A stretch of DNA of 64,000 bases, taken from NCBI GenBank assembly GCA_013239625.1, contig MU054323.1, positions 15,070,029-15,134,028 on the forward strand, read 5' to 3'. The translations under genes and the position numbers were made by a program. The stretch comes from Lama guanicoe (lineage: Eukaryota). The notes beneath the pieces are model-generated. The model did not search any database. It was not told the DNA's origin and saw only the letters and a program-made list of their open reading frames with translations. This document shows, one piece after another, positions 1-12,646 of this stretch. The stretch's first letter is position 1. Each line of letters begins with the position of its first letter.

Positions 1-840
1 GCAAATAAATAGGTGAGGAAATTAGCACATAACTCAGACAACATAACCCTAACCCCTTACCTTGGGAAGGTATGCGTTTACCCTTGCACGAGTTTCCCCC
101 AGGCTTGGTTTTCTGTATGTTTTTTCAGTATTAATTTCCTCTTATACTGGGATAGCAGCTTTGAGAATTTTCTTGCAGCTGTATCTTCCTTTCTACTTTA
201 AATCCCCAAATAGCTACAACAAATTATAGGACTCTACTTGCATTCCTATTCATTACATAATTAATCTTTGACTAAATATCAACAAACACAAGGTTATGTT
301 CAACTAGAAACACAGCTGAAGTTAATATTTAAGGACTAGTATATTTAAGTCTACTGTCTCAAATATAGTTTTAAACATTTGTTTGAATATCTCAACAAAG
401 CCGTGAGAAACAAAAGCTTCAAGAATATGAAAACCTCTCGAATTCGAGATCAAATAAAAGTGCTACAGGCATTGTAATGAACTTCACTCAACATATCAAA
501 TTTAACCAGCTGAAAATGTTTGTTTTTTGTTTGTAAGTGGCATTCTATTCAACTTTAAGAAATGAGGGTCCTATCTTACAATGGAAAGGCAGCATATTGT
601 CCCATAGATGGAACAAAATGTCCTTGACTCACTTATCCCTCGGGAGAACACTGCCTTTTGGTACCAGCTACTTAGCATATATATCTAGTCATTTCACTTT
701 AGGGCTTAAAAGTCTAGAGGCTTCCTTTTGTTCTGCATAAAGAGTAATGTTGCTCCTATTTCCAATATACTGGCTTCTGCTTAGCTAAACTCTGGCAATA
801 CTGGTTTCCTGCTCCGTAAAGATACCCTAGGAGCACAAAA

Positions 841-891
841 AAGAAGAAGAAGAAGAAGAAGAAGAAGAAGAAGAAGAAGAAGAAGAAGAAG
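841..891 (+). repeat. (AAG)17 microsatellite preceded by a short A-tract
   Basis: Perfect AAG triplets at 841-891, read directly. Confidence 0.98.
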
Positions 892-1529
892 CAACTTTAA
901 AATAAGTGATTGAAGTAATTAAACACATTAGAAAAGAAAAACACTGTGATCCAAGAATAGGTAGGTCAGCCCCAAGTTCAAGTGAGACTCGGGGTACTGC
1001 AGATACCTGCTTCTTGCCGATTTGGGGAACGTATGCTTACAACTCAAATAACACACTAAAATAGGAATTGGCAAAAATCAGTGAAACAATAGAAGCCTAT
1101 TTAAGGGAGAAGTTTTTATGCTTTGTTTTTTAAACAGCAAACTATATGATTGGCATTTGCTTACTTAATAAAGCTGTTAAGGATAAAGTTTTCAAGGTTG
1201 ACACATGATCAATTCAAATCAGTAATTCAAAATTCAGATGAAAACTTGTCAGTGATATTGATATGGTTCCGAGTTGTTTGGAATCAATGTAACCTCAGAA
1301 TGAAGTGTTGATGGAAATTATTTTTAAGAAGTACTTATTAGGTTCCTCCTGGGTACAGAGTCTTGAATAAGACCCGGAGAGACAGATAAATTATAAACAT
1401 CTCTGATAAATATTGTACACAAGGATAAACTGACAGAACTGCAACATGGAAAGAATTCAATGTGTTTGTATTCTTCTTTTTTTAAGGGAAACGTTATGAC
1501 ATAATTGCTTCAGAGTTTGCCCACTTGGG

Positions 1530-1735
1530 AGTACTGAGCACTCACCAGGGGTCAGATGCTTCATGTAAACATTACCTCATTTAATCCTCACAGCAGTCCA
1601 GAGAGGCAGGAACAGTTGCACTATTTTACAAAGGAGGGGAAAACGAAGCTCAAGTGTTTAAGCAACTGTCTCAAAATAGCATTGTTTATGGGAGTCAGAA
1701 TCAAGGCTTGAAGCCAAGACTGCCTGACTTTTTAA
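1530..1735 (-). mobile_element. MIR SINE (decayed)
   Basis: 'cctcatttaatcctcacagcag...attttaca...ttgaagccaagactgcctgact' is the reverse complement of the MIR core. Confidence 0.8.
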
Positions 1736-2329
1736 AAACCTCTGTTTCCTACAACACACCAGGCTACCATACAGCGGTCCACTCCATGTTCTGGGGATGC
1801 CTTCATCTTGTTCCCCAGCATGTTGTCATTTCTAAGTCAAAGATCACTCTGTTCTTAGGAAACACTGCAAAACATATTTCCCTGAAACATTAAATGTACT
1901 AGGCAGCTTTCAGATCAAGAGAGGTGTGTCTTACAGGCACTTGGGCACCCTCAGGAAACCATCAATTGGAAATTAAAACCTACTCACACATTCCCTAAAA
2001 ACTAAAGCAAAGACATATGAAATAACACTGGAGAGATACATAAAACCAACTTGATCTCAAATATCTTAGTAAACTTATTTCATGATACCACACAGTATAG
2101 AGAAAAACTCTTTTGGAAGATCATTATTTATATCTAAATAAAAGCTAAATTTTGGCATGATGGCATGATCATTCTATACATGTATGTAATTATTCAACAA
2201 ACATTCATTACATACTCATACTGTGTGAGGACTCATCCACTCATTCCTTACACAGCCAGATGCATTTCTGGGTGATTCCACTTGCAACCAGCCATTGTGC
2301 ATACTTGCATCTCCATGGGCTATTGTCCC

Positions 2330-2480
2330 CACATCACTTTAGCATCCCTACCTATTTAAGACCTACTCATCTTTCAAGATTCAATTCAAATGGTACCTCT
2401 GCCATTGAAGCCTTTCCTTTCATCCTCAATCAGGTGTAATATTTCTTCCTCTGTTATTTTCAGTAGCACTTTGTTAATAG
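2330..2480 (+). mobile_element. L2 LINE 3' fragment
   Basis: 'cctactcatctttcaagattcaattcaaatggtacctctgccattgaagcctttcc' resembles the L2 3' region. Confidence 0.6.
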
Positions 2481-2539
2481 TTCTATATAGTAATACATTA
2501 TATTTATTTATAATAAATATATTTACTGATTTAACAAGC

Positions 2540-2653
2540 TTTTTTTTTTAATATGGAACACTTCACGAATTTGCATGTCATCCTTGTGCAGGGACCATGC
2601 TAATCTTCTCTGTATCGTTCCAGTTTTAGTATATGTGCTGCTGAAGCGAGCAC
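2540..2653 (-). pseudogene. RNU6: Retroposed (processed) U6 snRNA pseudogene with poly(A) tail
   Basis: The minus strand reads GTGCTCGCTTCAGCAGCACATATACTAAAACTGGAACGATACAGAGAAGATTAGCATGG...CCATATT (2653-2550), with 6 substitutions versus canonical U6. An A10 tail follows (2540-2549). Candidate TSD is aacaagc (2533-2539) / aacaaac (2654-2660). Confidence 0.97.
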
Positions 2654-4494
2654 AACAAACATTTATTTAATGCCTTCTAAGTGTTATTCTATTTGAGTCA
2701 CTTCTAAATGCTGAGTCTACAGAAATTAGAATTATGTAAAGACAGCCTAGCTTGGGTTCACAACCTGGTAAAAGATGCTCACTTCATGTCTTGTATAACA
2801 CTGAAAGTTCTTTGATGTTTCACCTTACGTCTTGTTTGTTTCTGAAAATATAAACCAACATAACACACAAACTATGTATTGCATAAACCAACACATAGTC
2901 TTTCCTGTAGCTGCTTTCAAACGTGGTTGTTTAATTAGATTAGAATAACATGCAAAACTTTCAGCAAAAAATAATCAATGTATAGTTACACATAAGGAGA
3001 ATAAAGCATTTGTATCACTATCTTGTTGTTTCAGGATGTAGGAAAGTAAGGTTTTTCTCTTTTCCAGAGAATCAAACTAGGAACTAACTGACTAAGTAGA
3101 TGGAGTTCAGTATTTATAAGCATATGCCAGGACTCACTAGACTCTTAGATGAACATAATCTGACATTAAATGGATTTTGAATGTATTACTAGTCAAATTA
3201 AATCCCAAAAAGCATTAAATAAATTGCATAATGAAAATGCCTTAGGCAGCATGCTCACAAGGGGTGTACAGTCAACAGAAAGCACGGGATATTGCTGTCC
3301 ATTTCTTTCTCTTACTGTTATGAATGTGTTCTCCTTATTTTCCTACAAATAAAAATGATGAGATAGAAGTTTATTCCAAGTCGATTTAAATTTTGTGTGG
3401 GTAGATAAGTTGCTTCCATATTTTCTCCAGCCTAAGTCACATTGTGTTCAAGTCCCAAAGTGGAAGATTCCATTTTTTCAATTCTTTTCCTATCCTTTTA
3501 AGTGCTTAATTCTTACAGCTGATTTCTAGATCCCAGTGACTTGTATACTTAGCCTTTTCTTCCACTAGTCGCTTGAAACAAGACAGTATGTGTCTATTAC
3601 TCCTTGAAAGAGTTTTGTTCCATCAACATAACTTAGGGCAATGTAAAGTCTAGAAGAATAAATCTATGTTTTATTTTTTTAAAGCCTTTTCTAGTGAATG
3701 GTAGCTATCTTCCACAATTCAAGTGGACTAGGAGTTTGCTATGTCAGTACTTCATAGAATACACAAATTTCACCTTTTGTATTCTACTTACTTCTGATAT
3801 GTCTCTAATAGAGTAAAAGCAAATGATTAATTTAAGCCTGGTCAGTCTCCCACTAGAATTTGAGCAAAAATCAGCCAAATGATGCTGCTGTGATAGAGTC
3901 CAATATAAATACTAAATGGTAAAAATCTAAAAAAAATAATTAAAGAATTCTATTGTCTAATAAACTTAAAAGACTTTTTTAAAGGAAATTCCTGCAATCC
4001 TTGAAGCAGATTTAGAGCAAGAAGTGAAAAAGAAGGAAATGGAAATGGGGGTTATGGAGCCAAATTTAAAAAGGACAGTGAAGTAGGATGGGGAAAGTAA
4101 ACTGGTGCTATTTGCCCAAGAGACGCCGGTGAGAAAGCCCCCCTCTTCAAAATGGAGCGTTAGTCCTTACTCAGGTTCTAGTATTAGAATGAATGAGAGC
4201 GTAAGTTTCTTTAGCTTTATAAACTCCAACTGAAGTTAAGCAAGAAGGGGTAGAAAGGTATTAATTCCAGGCTGGACTACAGTCAATTCTTGGACATCCT
4301 GGGAACCCTCTTCCAGTCACCACCACCATACAAGGGAATGTATTGAAAGCTTCTAATCACCCACCTACTGCTAAACTGGATAAGTTTAGCAGGTGTGTCA
4401 GTCAACAGTTTGGGCCAATACATCTCATCAAATATCTTCTTCTTTACATCTGTCTCTGGCTATATTTGTGTGTGTTTGTGTGTGTGTTTTAATT

Positions 4495-5740
4495 TCCAGA
4501 TTTATTTCTTGAAGTTTTTCAAACTGACAGAAAAGTTGAAAGACTAATACAATGAACACCTAAATACCCTTGACCTGTATTTACCGTACCTCCCTCTCTG
4601 TCCCTCTTTCTTTCTCTCTGACTTCTTTCCTGAATAATTTGAAACTTAGTTACAGAAATCATGACACTTCACCCGCAACTTTTTCATCATGTGTCTCCTA
4701 AAGATAAAAACATCATCCTACATATGTAAGTTGACGGTACCATCTACCATCCCAATTAAAATGTCCCAAATTATTCCAAAAATGTATTTTTAAATTTTTT
4801 AAATACAAGATTCAATGAATGTTGAACCATTACATTTAATTGTTACGTCTTTTTTAGAAGTCACATCACTTTATACTTGCTTGTTTTTCAAGATGTTGAT
4901 CTTTTTTTTATGAGTACAAGTTACTTTGAAGAATTTTGAATTTTCTGATACCTTTCTCATGAACGGATTCTGATTAAACACACCTGGAAACAATAACATA
5001 AGTGTTATTGGTACTTCTTACTACATCACATTAGAAGCACAACATATCAGATTGTCACACTAGTAGTAATACTGTCTCATTGCTTGGTTAAGAAGTTTAC
5101 AGCCAGATCTCTCTATAAAAGTACATTTACCCTATAAAATTCAATCAGTAAATAATTTGTGGGCGCAAATCATTGAGTTTGAATGAATATCCTATTCTCT
5201 AATCAAATTTTACCTGAAAGTTTTAGTATCCATGGAGGACAGTTGCCTAATCCAGTTACTACATTGAAGGTTGCCAGTAGTGATTTTCTAATTCTACTAT
5301 TCCTTCTACATGCACTAATAGATAATTTTTTAAAAGAAGTGCCTGAAGTTGTACGCCTCCTACCCCACCACACACATACACAATCTCACAGGTACCACTA
5401 CCAACTCACAGATATTTATATCAATGTGATTACCATAAATCTTTGATGCTTCAGTTGTTCAACTTGTGACCATTGGGAGCCCCTCCAAGCTGTTTTCCAT
5501 ATTGTTTTGAAATGACCCTATTGTGTCTGAGCATCTCTTCGCTTCCTGCCGCAAGAAGTTTCAGGCTCACCTTGCATTTTTTTCAGGCTTAGATCAGAAG
5601 TCAGCTGCATCAAACATTTCTCAAATGAATTGCAGTTTTTTCATTGGGAGTGGAATTTTGAAACCAACTTTGGGAACTAGATGTCCTCCTCAGTAATTGG
5701 GTGTCGTTGTTTTGAGATCCTTTCAGTAGGCAGATTCTGT
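4495..5740 (-). mobile_element. Ancient L1 (L1MB/L1MC-type) 3' UTR
   Basis: 'ttcaaactgacagaaaagttgaaagactaatacaatgaacacc...' matches old L1M 3' termini in antisense, and similar sequence continues to about 5740. Confidence 0.7.
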
Positions 5741-6248
5741 CTCTCTTTGTCTCTGTCAGTCTGTATGTCTGTCTGTCTCTCTTTGTGTTCTTTAACTGTT
5801 TATATATTGATAAACCTCTGCTGGGGTAGTAAATTTTTTGCTATTATTTTTTAAAGACTATTTTTAGAGCAGTTTTAGGTTTACAATACTAATGCTTTCT
5901 TTACCCATTTTCTGGGGTAAATGAAAAGCACAAAATAATTTATTCCATACTCTTTGAAATTGTTATAAAAACTTAGGCCATTGCAAATGTCATTACTCAT
6001 ATATTTTAGTAATTTATCAGACATTTTGGTTGTAGAAACACGTCCCAGAAATTTTCTTAGTTTGTCTCTATTGTTAGATGTTTGTGCTCTTTTGCTCTCA
6101 GCTCAAAATATTTGAGAATTTAATAGTGCAGTACATTCAATCTTTCATGCTTCCTATAAAATTAGAAATTCAAAGTTTTGGAAGCCTCTAGTAACCTAAG
6201 GAATAGCCTAGCATTGGAAGACTTGGAAATATAAAGGTTTTCTCTCTC

Positions 6249-6377
6249 TTTTTTTTTTTTTTTTTTTTGGTGGGGGAGGTAATTAGGTTTATTTAATTTT
6301 GGAGGAGGTATTGGGGATTGAACCCAGGACCGTGTGTATGCTAAGCAGCACCCTACCACTTGAGTTATACCCTCCCC
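6249..6377 (-). mobile_element. Camelid tRNA-derived SINE (vic-1 type)
   Basis: The minus strand has GGGAGGGTATAACTCAAGTGGTAG (A box) ... GGTTCAATCCCC (B box) ... AAATAAACCTAATTACCTCCCC, then poly(A). Confidence 0.9.
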
Positions 6378-6764
6378 TAGGGTTTCCCTTTAATGCTGGC
6401 CTTCGCTCCAATCAGCAAACTAAATTCTTTATCACATTTCTTACTCCCAGTGAATTCCAATGTGGCAAGGAGCTCTCAAAAAACATTTAATCATAGTACC
6501 ACTCATAAGACAAGTTATTAATAAGTGATTACTTCTTACAAGAAATATTGTTCTGCTTACAATGAAGTTCCCATTTTTAACAGAATTTGAGAAAGTGTGG
6601 GTATTCAGAATGTGAAACAGAAGTGACAAAAACAGAGCACCTGGCAGAGTTCAAATATCAACCCACAACATTTTTAACTTTCTCAGTTTCAGATACTGCT
6701 GTTGACACACACACCCACTGTGAAAGATCACACTCATAGAGACCTGAAACAAAAATACTAGAAT

Positions 6765-6935
6765 CACGAAAGTGGAAGAGACCATAGAGACATGTAAGTA
6801 ATTTATATGTCTGTAAAAGATGAAATTGAAACTTAGCAGGAAACTGTTGGGGCCAAGGTCGTACTGGAAGTCAGTGGGAGAACAAAGATCAAGTCCAGAT
6901 TTCCAGACCCTAGGTCAGTGCTGTTCTACTATGTG
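6765..6935 (-). mobile_element. MIR/MIR3 fragment
   Basis: 'tgtaaaagatgaaattgaaactt...ccaaggtc...gtcagtggga...ccagatttccagac' is antisense MIR-like. Confidence 0.6.
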
Positions 6936-7569
6936 AACCTATATGTCTGTAGATCCATGGGTGTGCTTTGGTTATCTGTTCAAGGATTAAATTAAACAAT
7001 GCAAGTACTGAGCAGAATGTGACCTGGTTGGGTGTAGGGAAAAGCAACAAGACAAATGAGAAGAACATAAAAATGAGAGAACATGGATGTCTTCAAGATG
7101 ATTATCTCATTCACCAGAAATCATGCCCTTAAAATTTGGCTGTTCTGTGGGAACAGCACAACTCTGCAATCCTGGCTCTTTTTTCAGACATGGAAAGGAA
7201 TTTTCTCTAGATACTTAATGTAAATAATCTAATACAAAGGTTGACTGCTGCCACCAAGACCACCAGTGTCTGGGCACTCTGCTGCCTGCAAAATTATCCT
7301 CATCCTATTGTGCTTGTGTGCTTTGACAAGGATGATGCCATTCCCAGACCCTAGAAACATAAGCATAAGGGTGATGTGGTCCCTTGAGGATGGCTTTTTC
7401 AGTAAACACTTTTTGTTCTTGAGAAAACATGGACATGTTGAACTAGCACAGGTCAAGTTAAGAACTTAGTCTCCCCTCCTTTTTAAGAGCCTCAGTGCAG
7501 GGGAAAAAAAGAGAGAGAGAGTACTTTTGTATAGTAAGAAAACAACAATCTATTAAAATTTTTAGAATA

Positions 7570-8084
7570 TCTTTTACTGAAGTATAGTTGGTTTACAGTG
7601 TTGCGTTAGTTTCTGTGTACGGCAAAGTGATGCAGATATATATATAATTTTTCAGATTATTTTCCATTATAGTTTATTATAAGATATTGAATATAGTTCT
7701 CTGTACTATACAGTGGGAACTTGTTGTTTATTCATTTTATATGTAGTGGTTAGTATCTGCTAATCCCAAAGTCCTAATTCATCTCTCTCCCTGCCCTTTC
7801 CCCTTTGGTAACCATAAGTTTGTTTTCTGTGTCTGTGAATTTCATTCTGTTTTGTAAATAACTTCATTTGTGTCATTTTTAGATTCCATGTATAAGTGAT
7901 ATATGATATTTGTCTTTCTCTCTCTGAATTACTTCGCTTAATATAATAATCTTTAGGTTCATCCATGTTGCTGTAAATGGCATTATTTCATTCTTACTTA
8001 TGGCTGAGTAATATTGCAGTATATATATACCACATCTTTATACATTCATCTGTCCGTCAATGGACATTTAGGTTCCTTCCATGT
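7570..8084 (-). mobile_element. 5'-truncated L1 3' end (laurasiatherian/artiodactyl L1): 3' UTR plus ORF2 C-terminal remnant
   Basis: 'tactgaagtatagttggtttacagtgttg...ggtaaccataagtttgtttt...catccatgttgctgtaaatggcattatttcattc' is typical antisense L1 3' sequence; ORF 7760-7966 derives from it. Confidence 0.92.
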
Positions 8085-9351
8085 TAGAAATATATTAAAA
8101 GTACATTTGTCAAAGATTTTGCAAAGATACATAACAAATATGTATATTAAAAGCATTCAAAATCTTCTTGTGTTAGGTGAATATAAAGGGCAATAGATAG
8201 AAAAAATAAACAAATGTTTGAAAAGTGTTTGGGGGAGTACTAATGACAGAGGAGTATTTAACTACAAGGAATATCGATTTATTATACACCACATCACTTG
8301 ACCAGGCTACGTAAAGAACTCAGATGTCAAAGCTGTTAGTCTTTCGTACAAATTTGTGCCAAAATGTCACATTCTGTGATTTTTATAAGAGTATTCTGTG
8401 AGGGCTCTGTTAAAGTGCAGTGCACAATAAATGACTGCTTTCAACCAGGAGAGTGCTAGGAGTGACAAAAAAAAATGCCAACTGAAACAAAATGATGGGC
8501 CAATTGTGTAGTTTAGTTCACAAGATATCACAGGTGGTTATAAAATGACTACTTTGATCTTTTTATAATCAGATACTGAGAATATTAGCATAATGACCAA
8601 TTGCGTGTATGGTGTGAGTGAAGAATAAGGCAGGGAAGAGAAGGCAGGAAGAGACCTTGGGGAAATGAGGAGGCGCTCAAATTAAGCCTAGGGTTTAACC
8701 CTGAAAAGTGAACAGAAAAAGCAATTCTGAGACAAGAGGAACCAGGAAGCCAAACAACAGAGACTTTCTGCCAGCAAGGAGTCTTTTCTTTGCAGGATGA
8801 ATTTATACCTTCAGGAAATTCAGCAGCAGGTTTAATTTTTAAGTGATTATTTAAAAAAATAAAATAAAACATGGGGAAGAGTCATACCCCTCAAAATATA
8901 TGGCCCCTGGAATCCAAAGGAGGTTGTCATAAAATTTAAAACTTAATGCAACTATCAACAAAAGTTCTTATTTTTTAATCCTTCCACGTTCCCCTACACT
9001 CCGTGAATTACCTGTTTTCAGCAGTTTTCATTTCTGTTGGTATGATTCACTCACCTTCTTCCTTGGCCTCTGGCCTTGAGAGGGATTCTAAGTAATAACG
9101 CAGGAGGAAAGCAATACAGGGAAACCCTTCAGTCTTTCCACGTACCCCTTAGGGCTCACACCAGCTCACCCAGCAACTCTCTATTCAAGAAACCTGGTGC
9201 AGAAACCAAAGGATCTTGAGCAGAGTTGTGAGCCATGAGGACTGGCTAAATTCTAAACCACTCCTGGCATGTAATGATAATCACCTTCTTAGAAGGCACT
9301 AGAGAACCAAGCCAGCTCCAAGGGACTTCTTGACAGTAAAGAAGTCCAGAA

Positions 9352-9528
9352 AAGTCCCTCTGCACCATGGCTGCACATTAGACTCACCTGGGGGAGCTTG
9401 AAAACAATACCCATGCTCATTTTCACCCCAAACGAATTAAATCAGAATCTCTGGGGTTGGGGGTTGGCCTGGGTATTATTAAATCCCCTCAGGTAATTGT
9501 AATTCACAGCCAAGGATGAGAATGAGTG
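9352..9528. mobile_element. MER5A-like hAT-Charlie MITE
   Basis: 'ggctgcacattagactcacctgggggagctt...aaatcagaatctctgggg...caggtaattgtaattcacagccaaggatgagaa'; imperfect 8-bp TSD gtccagaa/ttctagaa. Confidence 0.85.
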
Positions 9529-11011
9529 TTCTAGAAGATTCAAGAAACAGATAACTAATGTAATCTAGCTGCTTATTAGAGGGTGAATTTCTAACAAAAC
9601 ATTTAATTAGTGGCTAATCAAGGCAGCTGAAATGGAGAATTAACCCCAGGCTTTGTCTTACTGTATTTTTTTGAAATCACAGCTGGGTGCTAATTTATAA
9701 AATGACAGATTGCAGAGGCTGAGGAGAATGAACAGACTGAGGGCTGTAAGGAGTGAGGAGTCGGCAAGAGGGAAGTACCCCAACTCCTGAGAGCAGGGAC
9801 TTCGTCTTGTTCAACTTTGAATTCCCATCACCTGACATAGCGAGAATCTGCAGAGTGTGCACACAATACCTACCACATGGGACTGAATTATAAAGATAGA
9901 CTTCTTTTTGTCTGGATTTGTCTGATGGATCTAGATTCTAGAGGGTTTTCCTCCTGAAAATCAGCATTCCTTAAATAAGCACCACCAGACATGGCTGGAT
10001 AGTTGTGGTCACATGGGACTGGGTAATAATTTGGTGCTCCTTAAAATGGATATTCACTTTAAATGTGAGCTGGCCATTGTTTGGTGGAGAAGCCAAAGGA
10101 TCTATTGGGGAAGGACAGGACAGAGAAGAGCTGGTGGTAGTAGTCTGGCTTTCTTTCAATATATGAACAAATCAGCTCTGGACTCAAATTTGCATACTGC
10201 ATTTTGCAATATAAAAAGCCCTTCAGTTAGCTATTCAAAGTAATTTTAGTGGTAATCTGTCAACCTTTAAGCTTGTTGCTGGCAGTGTCACCTGCACCAT
10301 TTCTAAGAACTTTATTAATATTCCTACTAATTGCATTTGTATTTTCCCTCAAAGGGACTACAGGAGATAAAAGTGGATGCCTTTTACCTTTCCAGGGATG
10401 TACATGTGCCCTGCATAGGTTGATACCCTGTGGCTGGCACATCTCTAAATCCACCTTATTTTCCTAACTAACTGTCAGTATCATCACGTGTATGGCAGTA
10501 TCTCAGACATTACCTGGTTTCTGTTAGAAATCCCAGTTTTATCACCAAGCCATCTATTCACCTTCAAGTTTTCCAGCCTGAGAGTTTATTCAGAGTCCTC
10601 ACACTGACTCCAGACTAGTCCACCATTCTTCTCCCTTGAAAGCCGTATGCCTCTATCAAACCATAACATTTGACTGTCCAGAAATTCGGCCCACTCTTTA
10701 CCACCCATGAACACTTTACATACTTGTTCTTATCTTCCACCTCTGCTACAAAATTACAATCTAAGAAGTTTGCCTCAAATGCCATCACTTAAGGTTTTTC
10801 AGAACCAGTTATGACTCTACTCTGAGCCTCTATGGTACCTGGCAGTTCTTTTGTAGCACTCATACTATTTTACTCCATGTACATGTGGGTCTGTACTAGT
10901 TTGGATCTTTCAGTTACAAGTAACATAGAACTCAAACTGGCTAAGGCAACAGAACATTTAACTGAGAAGTCTTGAAGCAGGGCAGACTTCCGGCATGGTT
11001 AAAGAAGAACT

Positions 11012-11316
11012 AGGTCATAGAAAACAGACTGTGGTTACCAAAGGGGAAAGGTGGAGAAGGATAAATTTTACAGTTAACGATATACACTACTATATATAAA
11101 AGAAATACAAAACAAGGACCTACTGTGTAGCACAGGGAACTATATTCAATTTCTTGTAATAAACTATAATGGAAAAGAATCTGAAAATATATATATATGT
11201 ATGTATATGTATAACTGAATTGCTTTGCTGTACACCTGAAACATTGTAAATCAACTACACTTCAGTAAAAAATAAAATTAAAAAAATCCAATAAAAAATG
11301 TTTAAAAAAAAAACTC
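11012..11316 (+). mobile_element. 5'-truncated L1 3' UTR with A-rich tail
   Basis: 'catagaaaacagactgtggttaccaaagggg...gctgtacacctgaaacattgtaaatcaactacacttca' plus A-rich tail; 10-bp TSD aagaagaact at 11002-11011 and 11317-11326. Confidence 0.92.
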
Positions 11317-11626
11317 AAGAAGAACTTGAATTCCAAATATCTGTGGCTCTTTGATCTTTTTCACTCTGCTCTCCTCCATTTGTTGGTTCCATCCTCAGAG
11401 CTGACTTCATTCATAGCAGTAAATTGGCTACTGGCAGCAACCATAATTTTCTCCTTCACACGTGGTAGATACGAGATACGACATCCCATAATAACTAAAA
11501 AAAGAAATCTTGAGTTTCCTGCTGATTGACCCCCATTTCCCAAGAATCCCTGTAACTAAGGAAATGTCATGCATTGATTGGTTGATGTCTGAATCCATAG
11601 GAGGAGCCCTGGAGTTTCGTTTAGGC

Positions 11627-11850
11627 CAGGGCTCGGCACTGCCACAAACTGTAGTGTAAGACCCAGACTGGACTCACAGCCTGTTTAGTAAATAAAGCTT
11701 TATAGGAACACAGACACTCCCATCTGTGTACTCCTTCACTGTGGGTGCTGCAAGGACAGAGGCCAGTAGCTGTGACAAAGACCATGTGGTTCCCCAAAGC
11801 CTAAAATCTTTACACTCTGGCGCTTTACAGAAACAATTTGCTAATCTTTG
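11627..11850 (+). mobile_element. MER58A hAT-Charlie element
   Basis: 'cagggctcggca...gtaaataaagctttataggaacacag...aaagcctaaaatctttacactctggcgctttacagaaacaatttgct' matches MER58A. Confidence 0.85.
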
Positions 11851-12646
11851 ATGTAGACTGTTTTAGATGGATCCTTGAAATTGGCCTTAGGGTCAGTCCC
11901 AAAGCATATGGCTGCTACATTATGACAGAGAGGAGGGTCCCAAAATGAAAATCTGTCTCATTAGGAAAGAAAAGGGAGAGATTCCTTGAGGCCATTAACC
12001 ACACCTGTTCGTTTTCATTCCTTGCACTATGCTTTGAATTGAATTTAGCTCAATAATTATATGTAGATCTGCCAAGTTGAATTGAATTGTTACATTCTCT
12101 CCTTTTAACTTCCTCTTCCCTTTCATCTGGGAACGTAGATATTGAATACACCAGAAAGTCTCTTGGGTGTAAAGCAAAGTTTCTCGAGCTTTTTTCTTAC
12201 ATTACTTTGCTGAAGGAAATTATGGGATGTGACATTAAATTTATAATCACCACCTCTGTTTGTGTGCCCAAGTCAACCATAAACCCTAAAATTACTGCAG
12301 AAATTCCAATAAGGGAGAAGGACATCATGTTATATTTTTTTAGAGAAAAATAAGACTGAAAATTCTGTAATTACATTTGGTAAGATTTTCTCATTTTTTT
12401 CATAGAAACTTTGCAAATATGGGTCAAGGTTTAAAAGTATATTCTTCCTTCTTTGTAGGACTATGGTGAATCCATATTTTCATGGCATAACCAAATTGTG
12501 TCTTGAAATTTTAGTTTGGAAAATTTCTTGTGTTGCTAATGATACAGTATCATTATTTTAAATGAGAATAAAGCAAAAAGTACTTGTAATAGTTTAATAT
12601 TCATAGTTCTACCATGAAGAAATCATACATCTGACTGGAATGTTTT

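Larger units (their letters stand above)
10893..11995 (-). mobile_element. MLT1J/K-type MaLR LTR, interrupted by an L1 and a MER58A
   Basis: Starts 'ctttcagttacaagtaacatagaactcaaactggctaaggc' and ends 'cccaaaatgaaaatc...aggaaagaaaagggagagatt'. Confidence 0.7.

Noticed and set aside
6290..6377. tRNA gene
   Set aside because: The A and B boxes belong to a SINE head followed by a SINE body and poly(A); no intact cloverleaf.
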